From a virus: a stretch of 64,000 nt of DNA. Positions 17,613 through 27,730 of this stretch are shown here, one piece after another. Every line of letters starts with the position of its first letter. Within the stretch, counting starts at the first letter, position 1. The position numbers and the translations under genes were made by a program. The notes under the pieces were generated by a model, which saw only the letters and a list, made by a program, of their open reading frames with translations, had not been told where the DNA came from and ran no database searches. The stretch is taken from positions 1 through 64,000 of the IMG/VR virus record IMGVR_UViG_3300012006_000002; one strand, written 5' to 3'.

Positions 17613-19898
17613 ATGGCTGTAGGATTTCGCGGAGTAACATTGATTGCCCCCGGCGTAGCTTCATATATTGATGATTCCAAGGCGGCATCCGCAGCCACAT
17701 TCACTCCGAACGCTGTTGCGGTTGTGGGCGAGGCTGATAGAGGCCAGCCCGGTGTAGCGGTAGCGTTTACTGACTCGTCAGCCGTCAATGCATTTTACGG
17801 GCCGTCCACTGCGTCAAAGTCGCTTACTGATGGATTGGTACGAGCGCTTGCCAGCGGCTCAAGCGTGGTCTACGGAGTGCGCGTTGGAAGAGCAAAGCCG
17901 TTTACTGCTAGTTTGTATGGCGCTACCACATTGGCTCAAGCAATTTCGTTGGTTACCAAAGAATATGGAAGATTTTGTAAAGCATGGTCTATAACTGTTG
18001 GTCCATCTACAAAAACTTTTAACCCAAATGGAGTATCTATAGGACAAAAAATTTCATTAAAAATTCATGACGGATCTACTTATATCACAGATAATATTGG
18101 AAGATCAGTAATTGCCCTATTAAGCACTACAGCTAATGCTGGAAGTGTATCTGTTACCAATACAACTGTTACGCTTACGACTAGCACAAACAGTGTTTAT
18201 GTTTATAAGTATACTGATTACCCAAGATTGCAAAATCTTGTGGCTGCAATCAATCAAGATGGTGCATTTATGGCTTCTGTGTCGACAGGAACCAGTGATC
18301 AATTCTTCACTTCTTCCATAGATTATATTTCAGGAGGAGTTATTCCAGCCAGTACTGGAACTCCATATTATCTTGTATCTACTTCTGCAGAAATAGTATC
18401 TGCAATTAATTACGGAATATTATCTTCATTTCTTACGGCAACTCTTGTAAGTTCGGAATCTTCAATTGTTCCCGGAGTTACGCAATTTTCATACAAAACA
18501 AGTTCAAATGGGGCGTCATTTACTGGAACAATTAATAATCTAGCAACACCAACGGCGGCAGCAGGACGGTATCTTACAGTCACTAAAATGAGCGGCGCTA
18601 TCAGCGCTTTGGCATCTACTTCTACTTCTTTTACCGTTACTCATCCATTTGGACTTATACCACTAGGAACAAGTGTCAATATTTCCGGATGTGTTACTAC
18701 AGGTTTCAATGCGACATGGACTGTTGCCTCATCTACTCCTGCTACCACAAGTCCAGTCGCCGCTGGAACTATTACTGTTTCATCTACCTTAGGAACAACC
18801 ACGCTTGCAGTTCCCAGCTCAGGGTCACTTGGAGAGTTATCCATTAATGGTGGTGGAATCATTGTTCCAAATATGACAATTTCCGGCACAGGCGTTCCTA
18901 TCGGAACGGTTATCGCCTCTCCGTTTTCCGCAACCGGGACCGGAAGCGGAGGAATTGGAACATATTTGCTTAATGTCGCCGGTTCCAGTGAGTCAACCAG
19001 TACGGCAAATGTGACATCAGTAGCAATGCTTGGATCTTCAACAGTTGGAACGATTGCTGATTACGATCCTGAAATAACTGCTTCTGACTGGACTGATGCA
19101 TTTGTCGCTTTACAAACTGTTCCCGCATCACTCGTTGTTCCAATGACTAGCCAAGAATCATATCATGCAACCGCCCTTGCACACGCTCAATCCATGTCAC
19201 TTCCCACAGGAAGAAGTGAGCGCATTGTTGTATGCGGCGGTTCGCTTGGAGAAACATATCTTCAGGCGCAGGCGCGAGCAGCAGCATTAAATGACAAACG
19301 CGCCGTGCTTGTTTGGCCGGGTATTAAAGACTTTGATGCCAACCAGTTTCTTGTTACTTTGCCGCCCTATTATCTGGCAGCGCAAATTGCAGGTTTATTA
19401 TGCGCACAAGAAGATGAAGCAACTCCTTTGACAAATTCTCTTATTCAGTTATATGGAATAGAAAGTGTTTCTTCTAACAAAATTATTGACTCTCTTGTTA
19501 GTAATGGTGTTTTTACCGTTCGAAATGATCTTGGAAGAGGTTTTGTCGTTGTTCAGGGATTAACTACATGGACAGGCGATATGAAAATGGCGCGTCGAGA
19601 AATCAGCACAGTTCGCGCTGCGGATGCAGTTATGAGAACTGTCAGAAACGAAGTTCAAAGATATGTAGGTGCTAAATCAAGTTCGGCTCTTGTGTCTACC
19701 ATTGAATCAACGGTACGAAATGTTTTGGACAGATGTGCTGATAGAGGTCTAATTTATGCTGACCCAGCAAACCCTGCTCGATATCCAGCATACGGAAACA
19801 TTGTTGTCAAAACTTTCGGCGATGCATACTATATTGATTTTAATATTTCGCCAGCTAAGCCAGTAAATTACTTGCTTATAACTGCGTATGTATCGTAA
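17613..19898 (+). CDS. Contractile tail sheath protein
   Basis: PGVASYIDDS...VVGEADRGQP N-terminus; AAQIAGL, TPLTN, VQGLTT, REISTVRAAD, ISPAKPVNYL C-terminal sheath motifs; AAGGAG SD. Confidence 0.93.
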   Translation: MAVGFRGVTLIAPGVASYIDDSKAASAATFTPNAVAVVGEADRGQPGVAVAFTDSSAVNAFYGPSTASKSLTDGLVRALASGSSVVYGVRVGRAKPFTASLYGATTLAQAISLVTKEYGRFCKAWSITVGPSTKTFNPNGVSIGQKISLKIHDGSTYITDNIGRSVIALLSTTANAGSVSVTNTTVTLTTSTNSVYVYKYTDYPRLQNLVAAINQDGAFMASVSTGTSDQFFTSSIDYISGGVIPASTGTPYYLVSTSAEIVSAINYGILSSFLTATLVSSESSIVPGVTQFSYKTSSNGASFTGTINNLATPTAAAGRYLTVTKMSGAISALASTSTSFTVTHPFGLIPLGTSVNISGCVTTGFNATWTVASSTPATTSPVAAGTITVSSTLGTTTLAVPSSGSLGELSINGGGIIVPNMTISGTGVPIGTVIASPFSATGTGSGGIGTYLLNVAGSSESTSTANVTSVAMLGSSTVGTIADYDPEITASDWTDAFVALQTVPASLVVPMTSQESYHATALAHAQSMSLPTGRSERIVVCGGSLGETYLQAQARAAALNDKRAVLVWPGIKDFDANQFLVTLPPYYLAAQIAGLLCAQEDEATPLTNSLIQLYGIESVSSNKIIDSLVSNGVFTVRNDLGRGFVVVQGLTTWTGDMKMARREISTVRAADAVMRTVRNEVQRYVGAKSSSALVSTIESTVRNVLDRCADRGLIYADPANPARYPAYGNIVVKTFGDAYYIDFNISPAKPVNYLLITAYVS

Positions 19899-19921
19899 CG
19901 TTTTAGGATAGGAGAAATACT

Positions 19922-20557
19922 ATGTCAGGTTCGAGTACTTCGGCGACAGGAAATAGCAGTCAGGTTTTAGTTGGTGGAAAAATTCTTGTTCGAATGGATG
20001 GAAAAATTGTTGGATTTGCCAACAGTGCGAGTTGTACTGATGCATATGGATTAAATGCCATCCATGTACTCGGCCAATTGCATCCTGTTGATTATGTTCC
20101 TACAGACGCAAGGCACACTATTAACATGAATGTTCTTGTAATGAAAAGCGGAAGTTTAATCAAGGCAAATCTTGAGCCAACTGGCGCAGGAAGTTTTGGA
20201 CTATTGTCAACGAGCGCGTCAATTGCCGGAACAAAATTTGACAACACTCAACAAGATCTTCGATCAAGCGCTTATTACAAAACAGATGAAGGCATTCCGG
20301 GAAGTTTGCGGGTTCTTCATGGCAAAAATTTTGATATTGAAATTATTGCTCCTGACCTAGATTCTCCCGCAACAAAGCAGTACGTTGTTGTAAAATACAA
20401 AAACTGTTATTACAACACTGGTTCGGTTTCTTTTAGTGCAAACACTATTACTGTGCATAATTGTCAATTTCTGGCTTTATATCGCGAAGGATTTTTGACT
20501 GCTGACACAACATCTTTCCCCAAGGATGAATTGATTGATTTGACTAAGACCATCTAA
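19922..20557 (+). CDS. Tail tube protein
   Basis: Follows sheath; ILVRMDGKIVGFANSASCTDAYG...IHVLG...; YKNCYYN...FSAN; AGGAG SD. Confidence 0.85.
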   Translation: MSGSSTSATGNSSQVLVGGKILVRMDGKIVGFANSASCTDAYGLNAIHVLGQLHPVDYVPTDARHTINMNVLVMKSGSLIKANLEPTGAGSFGLLSTSASIAGTKFDNTQQDLRSSAYYKTDEGIPGSLRVLHGKNFDIEIIAPDLDSPATKQYVVVKYKNCYYNTGSVSFSANTITVHNCQFLALYREGFLTADTTSFPKDELIDLTKTI

Positions 20558-20570
20558 TTTGTAAAATCTC

Positions 20571-20599
20571 TTGCAACTTAATTCGACGTGTGATACAAT
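20571..20599 (+). promoter_or_regulatory. sigma70-type promoter overlapping the hairpin
   Basis: TTGCAA-17 bp-TACAAT with TG extension. Confidence 0.6.
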
Positions 20600-20621
20600 A
20601 GTCACACGTCGAATTTATTTT
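20580..20621 (+). terminator. Intrinsic terminator-like hairpin after the tube gene
   Basis: AATTCGACGTGTGA-8 nt loop-TCACACGTCGAATT followed by TATTTT. Confidence 0.75.
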
Positions 20622-20632
20622 AGGAGATACTT

Positions 20633-21079
20633 GTGACTACTGACCAAGAAATGATGCCGCCACAGAGAATGCTGGATTCTGGTTCTTCCTTGACAGACGC
20701 TATTAAATCATCTGCATCAATCGGACCAAAATTTGCTAGCGACACAAAAGAATACAGTCCCGCAAAGGCTCACGAAATTGATGGACCTGCGGGGAAAATT
20801 GGTGTGATTAGAGGGCACATGAATACGCAGCGACTGGCCGGAAAGGCTGTTGCAACTGCTCTTACTGGTATTCAAGTTGATCAACGAACATATGAAATGA
20901 CATGGATGTCAATTATGTTGCAGTTTGTTACTCAAGCGCCGGGTTATCTTCCGGCATATTGCAACGGAAATATTGACAAATTTATTGAAAATATTTACGA
21001 AATGGAAGATCTTGTGTACTACTATCGTGAATGGGAAAATTGGAGGAATTCTTTTCGCGCTTCAAGAGCGGGAACATAG
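20633..21079 (+). CDS. Tail assembly chaperone (gpG-like)
   Basis: Lies between tube and tape measure genes; AGGAG SD with GTG start; ends ...EWENWRNSFR. Confidence 0.8.
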   Translation: MTTDQEMMPPQRMLDSGSSLTDAIKSSASIGPKFASDTKEYSPAKAHEIDGPAGKIGVIRGHMNTQRLAGKAVATALTGIQVDQRTYEMTWMSIMLQFVTQAPGYLPAYCNGNIDKFIENIYEMEDLVYYYREWENWRNSFRASRAGT

Positions 21080-21599
21080 GGATTATCTTAAAAAACGAGC
21101 CATTCAAGAAATAAACAATGAAGAAATTTTTGAATGGTATCGACAGCAATACAATATTCCATTACACGAATTTCGTAATTTAGAAGTAGAATATGACGAT
21201 ATTGTCGTAGATTTTTATCGTCGTCAATATTGGAACGAAATTCGTCTTGGAGTGCGTAAATGGGATGATGTCTCTATTGAGATGAAAATGCCTCCCTTTA
21301 CATTATACAGGCCAAGCGGCGGAGCATTACCTGTTCCAAACGGATATAATTATGAAAATGATTACACAGTAAAACTTGAATCATATACTTCTAACTCTTC
21401 TTCTACTGACATTACATCGAACAAATTATTAAAATCTTCTGTTGTAACACCGAAGGAGGGAACGTTTGACATGAGTCCTAATCAGGAATCTGAATACAAA
21501 CTTTCAGAAGATGAATTTGCTTCAATGATGAAATCAGCAGAAACAGATACTTCTGTTTGGGATGAATTGGAATCTTTTGATAGTTTGTCGCAGGTATAG
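21054..21599 (+). CDS. Tail assembly chaperone extension (gpT-like), probably reached by +1 frameshift
   Basis: Long ORF in the +1 frame overlapping the chaperone 3' end; no convincing own start; TCT-TTT-CGC site at 21050-21058. Confidence 0.7.
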   Translation, partial: FALQEREHRDYLKKRAIQEINNEEIFEWYRQQYNIPLHEFRNLEVEYDDIVVDFYRRQYWNEIRLGVRKWDDVSIEMKMPPFTLYRPSGGALPVPNGYNYENDYTVKLESYTSNSSSTDITSNKLLKSSVVTPKEGTFDMSPNQESEYKLSEDEFASMMKSAETDTSVWDELESFDSLSQV

Positions 21600-21611
21600 G
21601 ATCATATCATC

Positions 21612-24600
21612 ATGCCACCTCCTCCTGCGCCAAGACCCGCACCAGCGCCCCGGCCACCACAACAAACAGATGCGCTTCTTCAGGCTATTCTGGACGCAAT
21701 AACTAATCCTTCAACAATGCCGGGGCCGAATCCATGGACGTTGCCGGGGCCGAATCCATGGACGTTGCCGGGGCCGAATCCATGGACGTTGCCGGGGCCG
21801 AATCCCCAGACGCAACCGGGGCCGAATCCCCAGACGCAACCGGGACCGAATCCCCAGACGCAACCGGGGCCGAATCCCCAGACGCAACCGGGACCGAATC
21901 CCCAGACGCAACCGGCACCGAATCCGCAGACGCATTCGGATCCGAATCCACCCACGCCATTGAAAGATCTTGTTGCTGCGTCATTAAAAGGATTTGCAAC
22001 TAGCGTTAATTCGTTCACCGCACAAGCCGAAGTAGATGACTATCGCATAGGTCAATTATCTCGCAGACATCTTGATGACACAACTCAAAGTATACAGAGT
22101 TATCGAGAAAGAATTCGTGATTTAACTATTGGCACTGGCATGAGTCATGATGAAGTCTATCAATATGCTCAAACAGCCGGACGATATGGTGCTGGAACGG
22201 GGCGTCAAAATACTTTTGACAGTTTGACTCAAGCCAAAACATCAGCAAAGATGTCTTTTGTTCTCGGCGCAAATGCTGAAAATTACAATGACACCATATC
22301 GGCTTTTGGGCGCGCCGGAGCAGTGGGCGCTTCTGGTCAAAGCGGAGGCTTCACGCAAGATCAAAGACAATTCGCCGTAGTTATCGCAGAAACGCTTGCT
22401 TCTGGAAAATTGTTTGATCGTCTCGATGAAGTTTTGTCTAGCATGACAAATCTGGCCAGCCACATTGCCAGTAGGGGCGGAGATGTTGACCCAAGCATGC
22501 TTGGACGTGCGCTGGCATCGGCCAACAACACAGCCCGAGAATTTGGAGGAGCAAAACTTCAGGAAAGAGCTCCTGATTTGTTGTCCAAAATTGATCAAAC
22601 AACCTCCAATCTTGTCAATGATCCCGCGGCATTTGCTGTTTATAACAGAATGCATCCGTCTGCCGCAGGAAATGTTGGCATACAGGATATGCGCGCTTTT
22701 CGCAGAACAATGGAAGGCGGCGACATCATTGAGAAATCTCGGGTATATGGAGGTTTGTATGAACTCCATGGCGGTAATCTTGCAAACCTACGACCGGGAG
22801 GAAAACTTTCCGAGCAAGACATGATTGCTCAGCATAAGTTGTCTCAAGATTATGGCATGACTACTGATGACTATGAAAACACTTTGCGAATTGCCAGTGG
22901 TGTTTCCAGTGGAACAGGGATGCAGCGACTTAACGCTGTTCAGGGATCGTCCGAATATCAACAATTGGCGCGAACAGGATCTGCTGGAGCTGTCAGTACG
23001 TATGCGCGCGTTGCTACTTCAGAAACAAAAGATGACCTTGCAGCAACATTGCAGAAACTTATTACCAATGTTTCCGAAACTCCCGGAGCTGCTCAACTTC
23101 CGGGATCAAAAGAATCATTATTTGTTGGAAAATTAACTGGTTTAAAAAATACCCTTGATTCATCTGGGGATCCCGACTCAATTCGAAATTCACTGATGTC
23201 GTTGATTGCAGGAAACGAGTCAAACACTTCTTCGACTAAAGTAGATTTGGATGTTGGAAATAGACTGAATCAATCAAGAATACAAACAGTTGAATTAAAT
23301 GAAGCGTTCATGAAATTGGCTGGTAATGTAAATCAATTAAATTCACTTCTTGAAATAGATCGAATTAAAGCAACAGCGATGCGGGTGGGTGCTGGATCAA
23401 CTACCCAGTATATTGATAATCCCGGAAATGCCTTGGCCGTAGGCACCGGAACGAACCAACTGCAACGGTTAGCCTCTGGCGCAGCGGTACAAGCCATAGA
23501 CAAGGGTGGAGATTTTATGGAATTCGGATCCAGTTTTCTTGGATCTGCGTCTTCTGCTTCAACACTTCTTGATTCTGCCACATTGAAAGGCGCAATTGGG
23601 AGAGCGCCAAGATTAGCCAGAGCCGGGGTAATGGCTCTCGGAGCTGCTGGAACGGGCTACGCTGCCGTAAAGGCGTTAAACGCAGCACATAGAGAGTTTG
23701 ACGATAATGTTACATATGTAGACGAAGACGGTAAAAACGACAGTTGGAAAACTTTTGCCAGCAAACATGAAGCATTGATAAGGACTGGCGTTACGGCATT
23801 AAGCGGAATTACGGGAGCTGTGTTTGGCGGACCCGCCACGGCATTGGCGGCCGCAGGCGTCAGTGGATTAGCCATGGATTATGCTTACGATGCACTGGGA
23901 ATTAATAAAGTCAAACGCCTCCGACCAGACGGATCTTCTGCCGGAGGGGGTGATGCTTCTGCACCGATCAGCACTGATACCGGAACAGGAATTGTTTCAA
24001 TTGAGCAAACAATGGTTAACGAAATGCGAGTTAGCCGTCTTGTTGTTGAAGGCCTTGAAATCGGAGTCTCAGTTGGAGGAGCAGGCGGGGGATGGGATGG
24101 GGGATCGGGTGGAGGAAGCGCCTCATCTGTCAGACCTCCTCTCGGATCGAAGCGAGTATCCGGACCGGGTTCCGCGCCGGGATCATCCCCCTCTCAATAT
24201 TCTGCCCAATACGCAAACTGGAGATCTGCTACTGGAAAAGGTGATGATGAATTAAATAAATATGTTGATGAGGCAGCAGAAATGTATGGCTCGCAGGGTG
24301 TCACAAGGGATCTTCTGTTTTCCATGATGGCTTCAGAAAGTGGATTCAATCCCGGTGCTACATCAAGCGCAGGAGCGCAAGGACTCATGCAACTCATGCC
24401 GCAATATCACAAGGGCGTGAATGCATATGATCCTCACGACAATATCATGGCGGGAGCCAAGCACATTGCAGGAAATCTTGCGGCCAATGGAGGAGATATG
24501 GAGGCTGCTCTTGCCGCATACAACGGCGGTCAAGGAAATGTCAATCTTCCTTCCGCAAGAGGATATGCACGCAGAATCATGGGAAGAATGGACGGCACAA

Positions 24601-25352
24601 GCATTCCTTCTGGCGGGGGGCGAAATGTTGCTTCGCCTATTGCTGGACAGGAAGGTGTCGATTGGAGCGTTGGCACGCCTTGGATGGCAAATGCAAATGA
24701 TCCAAGAGCAGCAGCATATTACGCAGCAACCGGAAATGCATATAACTGGGGCGTAGATCTTATTGGAAAAGGAAAGCCCCTGACTGCGCAAGCGGCCATT
24801 GGCGGTACAATTAGCAAAGTTTTTAACGAAGCACCAGATACTCCCAGTGGCATTAACAACGGACAGTCTAATATTAATTCTGGGTGGGGAAATCAGGTTG
24901 AAATACGTGGAGATGATGGAACTATTCACAGAATGTCGCATCTTGCTGCAGTTCAACAAGGCCTGAAAGTAGGAGACCGCATTGAAGCCGGAGCCAAAGT
25001 TGGAATGGTGGGTGCCACTGGTCGAGCCACAGGACCACATCTTGACTGGGAAGTGCTTAAAAATGGCAAGCAAATAGATGCCATGGAATGGCTTCACAAC
25101 GCTCAGGCAAATGGAGCGCAAATTACTACCGGAGGATCGGCCGTAGATGGTGCAAACTTGTCAAATTCCGGCAGCGCACCCAGCGGCCCCCAACGGCTTG
25201 AAATTCAAATCAAGCTTTCTCAAGACAAGGATGGAAATATTGTTGGTAAAGTAGAAGGATCTACATCTATCAACATTAACTTAGGCGGCGACACAATACG
25301 CGCAGCACAAAGCAGGAGCGGATTACCTACTGGATGGGTAAGGAGAAGATAG
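21612..25352 (+). CDS. Tape measure protein with lytic transglycosylase (SLT) and M23 peptidase domains
   Basis: Helical A/G-rich body; ESGFNPGATSSAGAQGLMQLMP...ALAAYNGG (SLT); GWGNQVEI...HL...VGATGRATGPHLDWEV (M23). Confidence 0.92.
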   Translation: MPPPPAPRPAPAPRPPQQTDALLQAILDAITNPSTMPGPNPWTLPGPNPWTLPGPNPWTLPGPNPQTQPGPNPQTQPGPNPQTQPGPNPQTQPGPNPQTQPAPNPQTHSDPNPPTPLKDLVAASLKGFATSVNSFTAQAEVDDYRIGQLSRRHLDDTTQSIQSYRERIRDLTIGTGMSHDEVYQYAQTAGRYGAGTGRQNTFDSLTQAKTSAKMSFVLGANAENYNDTISAFGRAGAVGASGQSGGFTQDQRQFAVVIAETLASGKLFDRLDEVLSSMTNLASHIASRGGDVDPSMLGRALASANNTAREFGGAKLQERAPDLLSKIDQTTSNLVNDPAAFAVYNRMHPSAAGNVGIQDMRAFRRTMEGGDIIEKSRVYGGLYELHGGNLANLRPGGKLSEQDMIAQHKLSQDYGMTTDDYENTLRIASGVSSGTGMQRLNAVQGSSEYQQLARTGSAGAVSTYARVATSETKDDLAATLQKLITNVSETPGAAQLPGSKESLFVGKLTGLKNTLDSSGDPDSIRNSLMSLIAGNESNTSSTKVDLDVGNRLNQSRIQTVELNEAFMKLAGNVNQLNSLLEIDRIKATAMRVGAGSTTQYIDNPGNALAVGTGTNQLQRLASGAAVQAIDKGGDFMEFGSSFLGSASSASTLLDSATLKGAIGRAPRLARAGVMALGAAGTGYAAVKALNAAHREFDDNVTYVDEDGKNDSWKTFASKHEALIRTGVTALSGITGAVFGGPATALAAAGVSGLAMDYAYDALGINKVKRLRPDGSSAGGGDASAPISTDTGTGIVSIEQTMVNEMRVSRLVVEGLEIGVSVGGAGGGWDGGSGGGSASSVRPPLGSKRVSGPGSAPGSSPSQYSAQYANWRSATGKGDDELNKYVDEAAEMYGSQGVTRDLLFSMMASESGFNPGATSSAGAQGLMQLMPQYHKGVNAYDPHDNIMAGAKHIAGNLAANGGDMEAALAAYNGGQGNVNLPSARGYARRIMGRMDGTSIPSGGGRNVASPIAGQEGVDWSVGTPWMANANDPRAAAYYAATGNAYNWGVDLIGKGKPLTAQAAIGGTISKVFNEAPDTPSGINNGQSNINSGWGNQVEIRGDDGTIHRMSHLAAVQQGLKVGDRIEAGAKVGMVGATGRATGPHLDWEVLKNGKQIDAMEWLHNAQANGAQITTGGSAVDGANLSNSGSAPSGPQRLEIQIKLSQDKDGNIVGKVEGSTSININLGGDTIRAAQSRSGLPTGWVRRR
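21720..21950 (+). repeat. 24-bp tandem repeat, about 9-10 units (PGPNPWTL x3, PGPNPQTQ x5, degenerate end)
   Basis: Directly visible. Confidence 0.95.
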
Positions 25353-25353
25353 T

Positions 25354-26976
25354 ATGTCTTCACGAATAGGTGGCGACGACTGGATGGTGGATAGCGACCG
25401 TGTGCGCCCTAAGACACCTTATCCGGAACCAAAGAAATCCAAACAAGGATCTACTATTGGATCTTTTCGTCATCAGATTATTGTTGGAGAACTTGACATC
25501 AGCGATTATGTTCTGGGCGGTCAAATTACCAGAACTTTATCCAATCCTGTTGGGTCATGGACTGTTAATTTACGACCTTTGTTAGGTCAAAATGATAATA
25601 GAATTAAAAGACTTGATATTGGATTAAATAATTTAGCGGAGTTGCGACTTGATAGATCCACTGAAGGAAAACCTCAACTTGTAATGAGGGGATTTGTCGA
25701 TGCGGAAGAATTTTCAGAAAAACCTTCTCAATCAAATGACGGAAGTCCGGGAAGAACATATACTCTTTCGGGCAGTGATACTGGGAAAATGCTGGAAAGA
25801 AGGCAAATTTTTATTCCCAATGATATTAGCGCGGCATCAATACATCAATTTTTAAGCAAACAATCTCCTATAGGTGTATTAAGTGAAATTTCTCAAATGG
25901 AAATTACCGATATGCGTGGCATTAATTCAAGTTTTGTTATGCCAATAAGCAAATGGGTCAATTTTTTTATTCAAAAAGTTTACAAAACAGAGTATGAGCG
26001 CGTTGTAAACATGACAAGAAATTCTGGTCAAAAAATATTTACAATGTCTACTCAAGTGGATGTTCCAATGATTGCATCAAAATTGGAAAGATTTCATGTA
26101 AGTCTTGCGCCATTGATGAATAATCAAAACGGAAGCATGTGGAATTTTATAGAATATTACTGCAAAAAACCGTTTATTGAAACATTTATTGAAGATAACG
26201 AAGATTCAACGATTTTTAATGTTCGCTGGAGTCCCCATAAAAAAGAAGTCATGAGAGACGGAAATCGTCGTCACGAATATCCTATGCAATCCAACGGATT
26301 ACGATGGTTCAATAGAGATGTTGAACGATTTGGAATTTATACTTCTGCAATACTTGAAAGAAGAATGAGAAGACAGGAATCTGATCGTTACACATATTTT
26401 AATACTATTCTTCATCCTTTCTTAAGTTCATCTGGAATAAATATTCCTGTTGGCGGTGGAGATCAACCTCACAACAATCCTTACTATGATACTGCTGGAT
26501 TTGACCAGTTTGGGTACCGGCCAATGGTTTCCGAAGTTCCTTGGCTTCCTCTTGTTGATTATGCTCTAGACACTTCCAATCCAAGGTATGGGCTTGAAGT
26601 TGCAAACACGCTTGCTGATTTGACTCAATGGCTTGTAGATAGTTTTACTTATACTGATCAACTGTATCAAGGATTTATTACTCTTATTGGAAACACTGAT
26701 ATTACCGTAGGAAGCGAATTGCACATCAAGGATACTGATGAGGAATACTATGTTGAAAGCGTCGAGCATATATGGCAAGTCTGGCCTTCTCCACAATTTA
26801 TTACACGCCTTGGCGTTACCAGAGGAACAATAAACGAATATTTGACTGCAGACACTAGTGTTGCTTCTGATCCATTTACACTTCCTAGAAGCAAATTTAT
26901 TCAAACTGGAAATTACAACAAACCAGTTACTCCAATTTTTGGATTAGTAACAGGCGGAGATACTGACAGTGACTGA
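25354..26976 (+). CDS. Baseplate hub protein (gp27/gpD-like)
   Basis: Follows tape measure gene; ITRTLSNPVGSWTVNL, VMRGFVD, GSDTGK and EYYVESVEH...TRLGVTRG motifs. Confidence 0.8.
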   Translation: MSSRIGGDDWMVDSDRVRPKTPYPEPKKSKQGSTIGSFRHQIIVGELDISDYVLGGQITRTLSNPVGSWTVNLRPLLGQNDNRIKRLDIGLNNLAELRLDRSTEGKPQLVMRGFVDAEEFSEKPSQSNDGSPGRTYTLSGSDTGKMLERRQIFIPNDISAASIHQFLSKQSPIGVLSEISQMEITDMRGINSSFVMPISKWVNFFIQKVYKTEYERVVNMTRNSGQKIFTMSTQVDVPMIASKLERFHVSLAPLMNNQNGSMWNFIEYYCKKPFIETFIEDNEDSTIFNVRWSPHKKEVMRDGNRRHEYPMQSNGLRWFNRDVERFGIYTSAILERRMRRQESDRYTYFNTILHPFLSSSGINIPVGGGDQPHNNPYYDTAGFDQFGYRPMVSEVPWLPLVDYALDTSNPRYGLEVANTLADLTQWLVDSFTYTDQLYQGFITLIGNTDITVGSELHIKDTDEEYYVESVEHIWQVWPSPQFITRLGVTRGTINEYLTADTSVASDPFTLPRSKFIQTGNYNKPVTPIFGLVTGGDTDSD

Positions 26977-27727
26977 TTCTGAATATATTCCTAGCAGCAT
27001 TTTGGGATCTTCAAGTCTTTCTGATCATAGGTCAGGAAGGGTGAATTCCTACTCAAGGGTTCCCGGAGCAATATATGCTCGCGTCATCGGTGTTAATTGG
27101 GCTGCTCGTACCGTTGATTGCATTGGGCTGCATACGCAAGCAGGAGCGGGGCCATGGTATGGAGTTCCTGTAATGTCTTCCGTATTCACTCAATCAGAGG
27201 GATTGCACTGGCTTCCGTCGATATCCAAGCCATCCGAAGAGAATCCTCAAGCAAATGCAAAACTAGAAGGCACAAATGACGGACTTGCAATTCTTGATTT
27301 TGTGTACGGTGATCCGTTAAATCCAATTTGTCTTGGATTTATATCACCGGGAGCAAATCAATTTTCTTTTGACGAACCCGGAACAAAAATTACTCGTCAT
27401 TCAAGTAATGTGTATGATCGTTTGACAGCAAATGGAACCTATGAATTTTCTTTTCCAGATGGGACATTTTTAAAAATTGCTCCCTCAATTGAAGGATATA
27501 ATTTAACTGATTTAACTGGGAAAAATGTCAGAAATTCTGCGGAAAATCCGTGGTCAATTCCAAAAGATTCTCCAAGAATTATTTCATTTTCTCATCCTTC
27601 AGGAACATCTATCACTATTGATTCTACAGGAAATATAAACATTTATTCCGCGGGATCAATAAGTATTGTCAGTAGCAATGGATCTGTTTCTCTTCGAAGC
27701 AGATCAGATAGTTTTACGATTGATTAA
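26969..27727 (+). CDS. Baseplate spike protein (gpV/gp5-like OB fold plus short beta-helix)
   Basis: ARVIGVNWAARTVD, ILDFVYGDPLNPICLGF, HPSGTSITIDSTGNI. Confidence 0.8.
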   Translation: MTDSEYIPSSILGSSSLSDHRSGRVNSYSRVPGAIYARVIGVNWAARTVDCIGLHTQAGAGPWYGVPVMSSVFTQSEGLHWLPSISKPSEENPQANAKLEGTNDGLAILDFVYGDPLNPICLGFISPGANQFSFDEPGTKITRHSSNVYDRLTANGTYEFSFPDGTFLKIAPSIEGYNLTDLTGKNVRNSAENPWSIPKDSPRIISFSHPSGTSITIDSTGNINIYSAGSISIVSSNGSVSLRSRSDSFTID

Positions 27728-27730
27728 TTA

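Noticed and set aside
21033-21039. GGGAAAA as a canonical -1 slippery heptamer
   Set aside because: Wrong phase for the chaperone frame, and the downstream ORF is in the +1 frame
21680-22018. Several alternative-frame ORFs over the 24-bp repeat; possible CRISPR array
   Set aside because: Stop-free repeat units open all frames; the units are contiguous with no unique spacers and no cas genes are present
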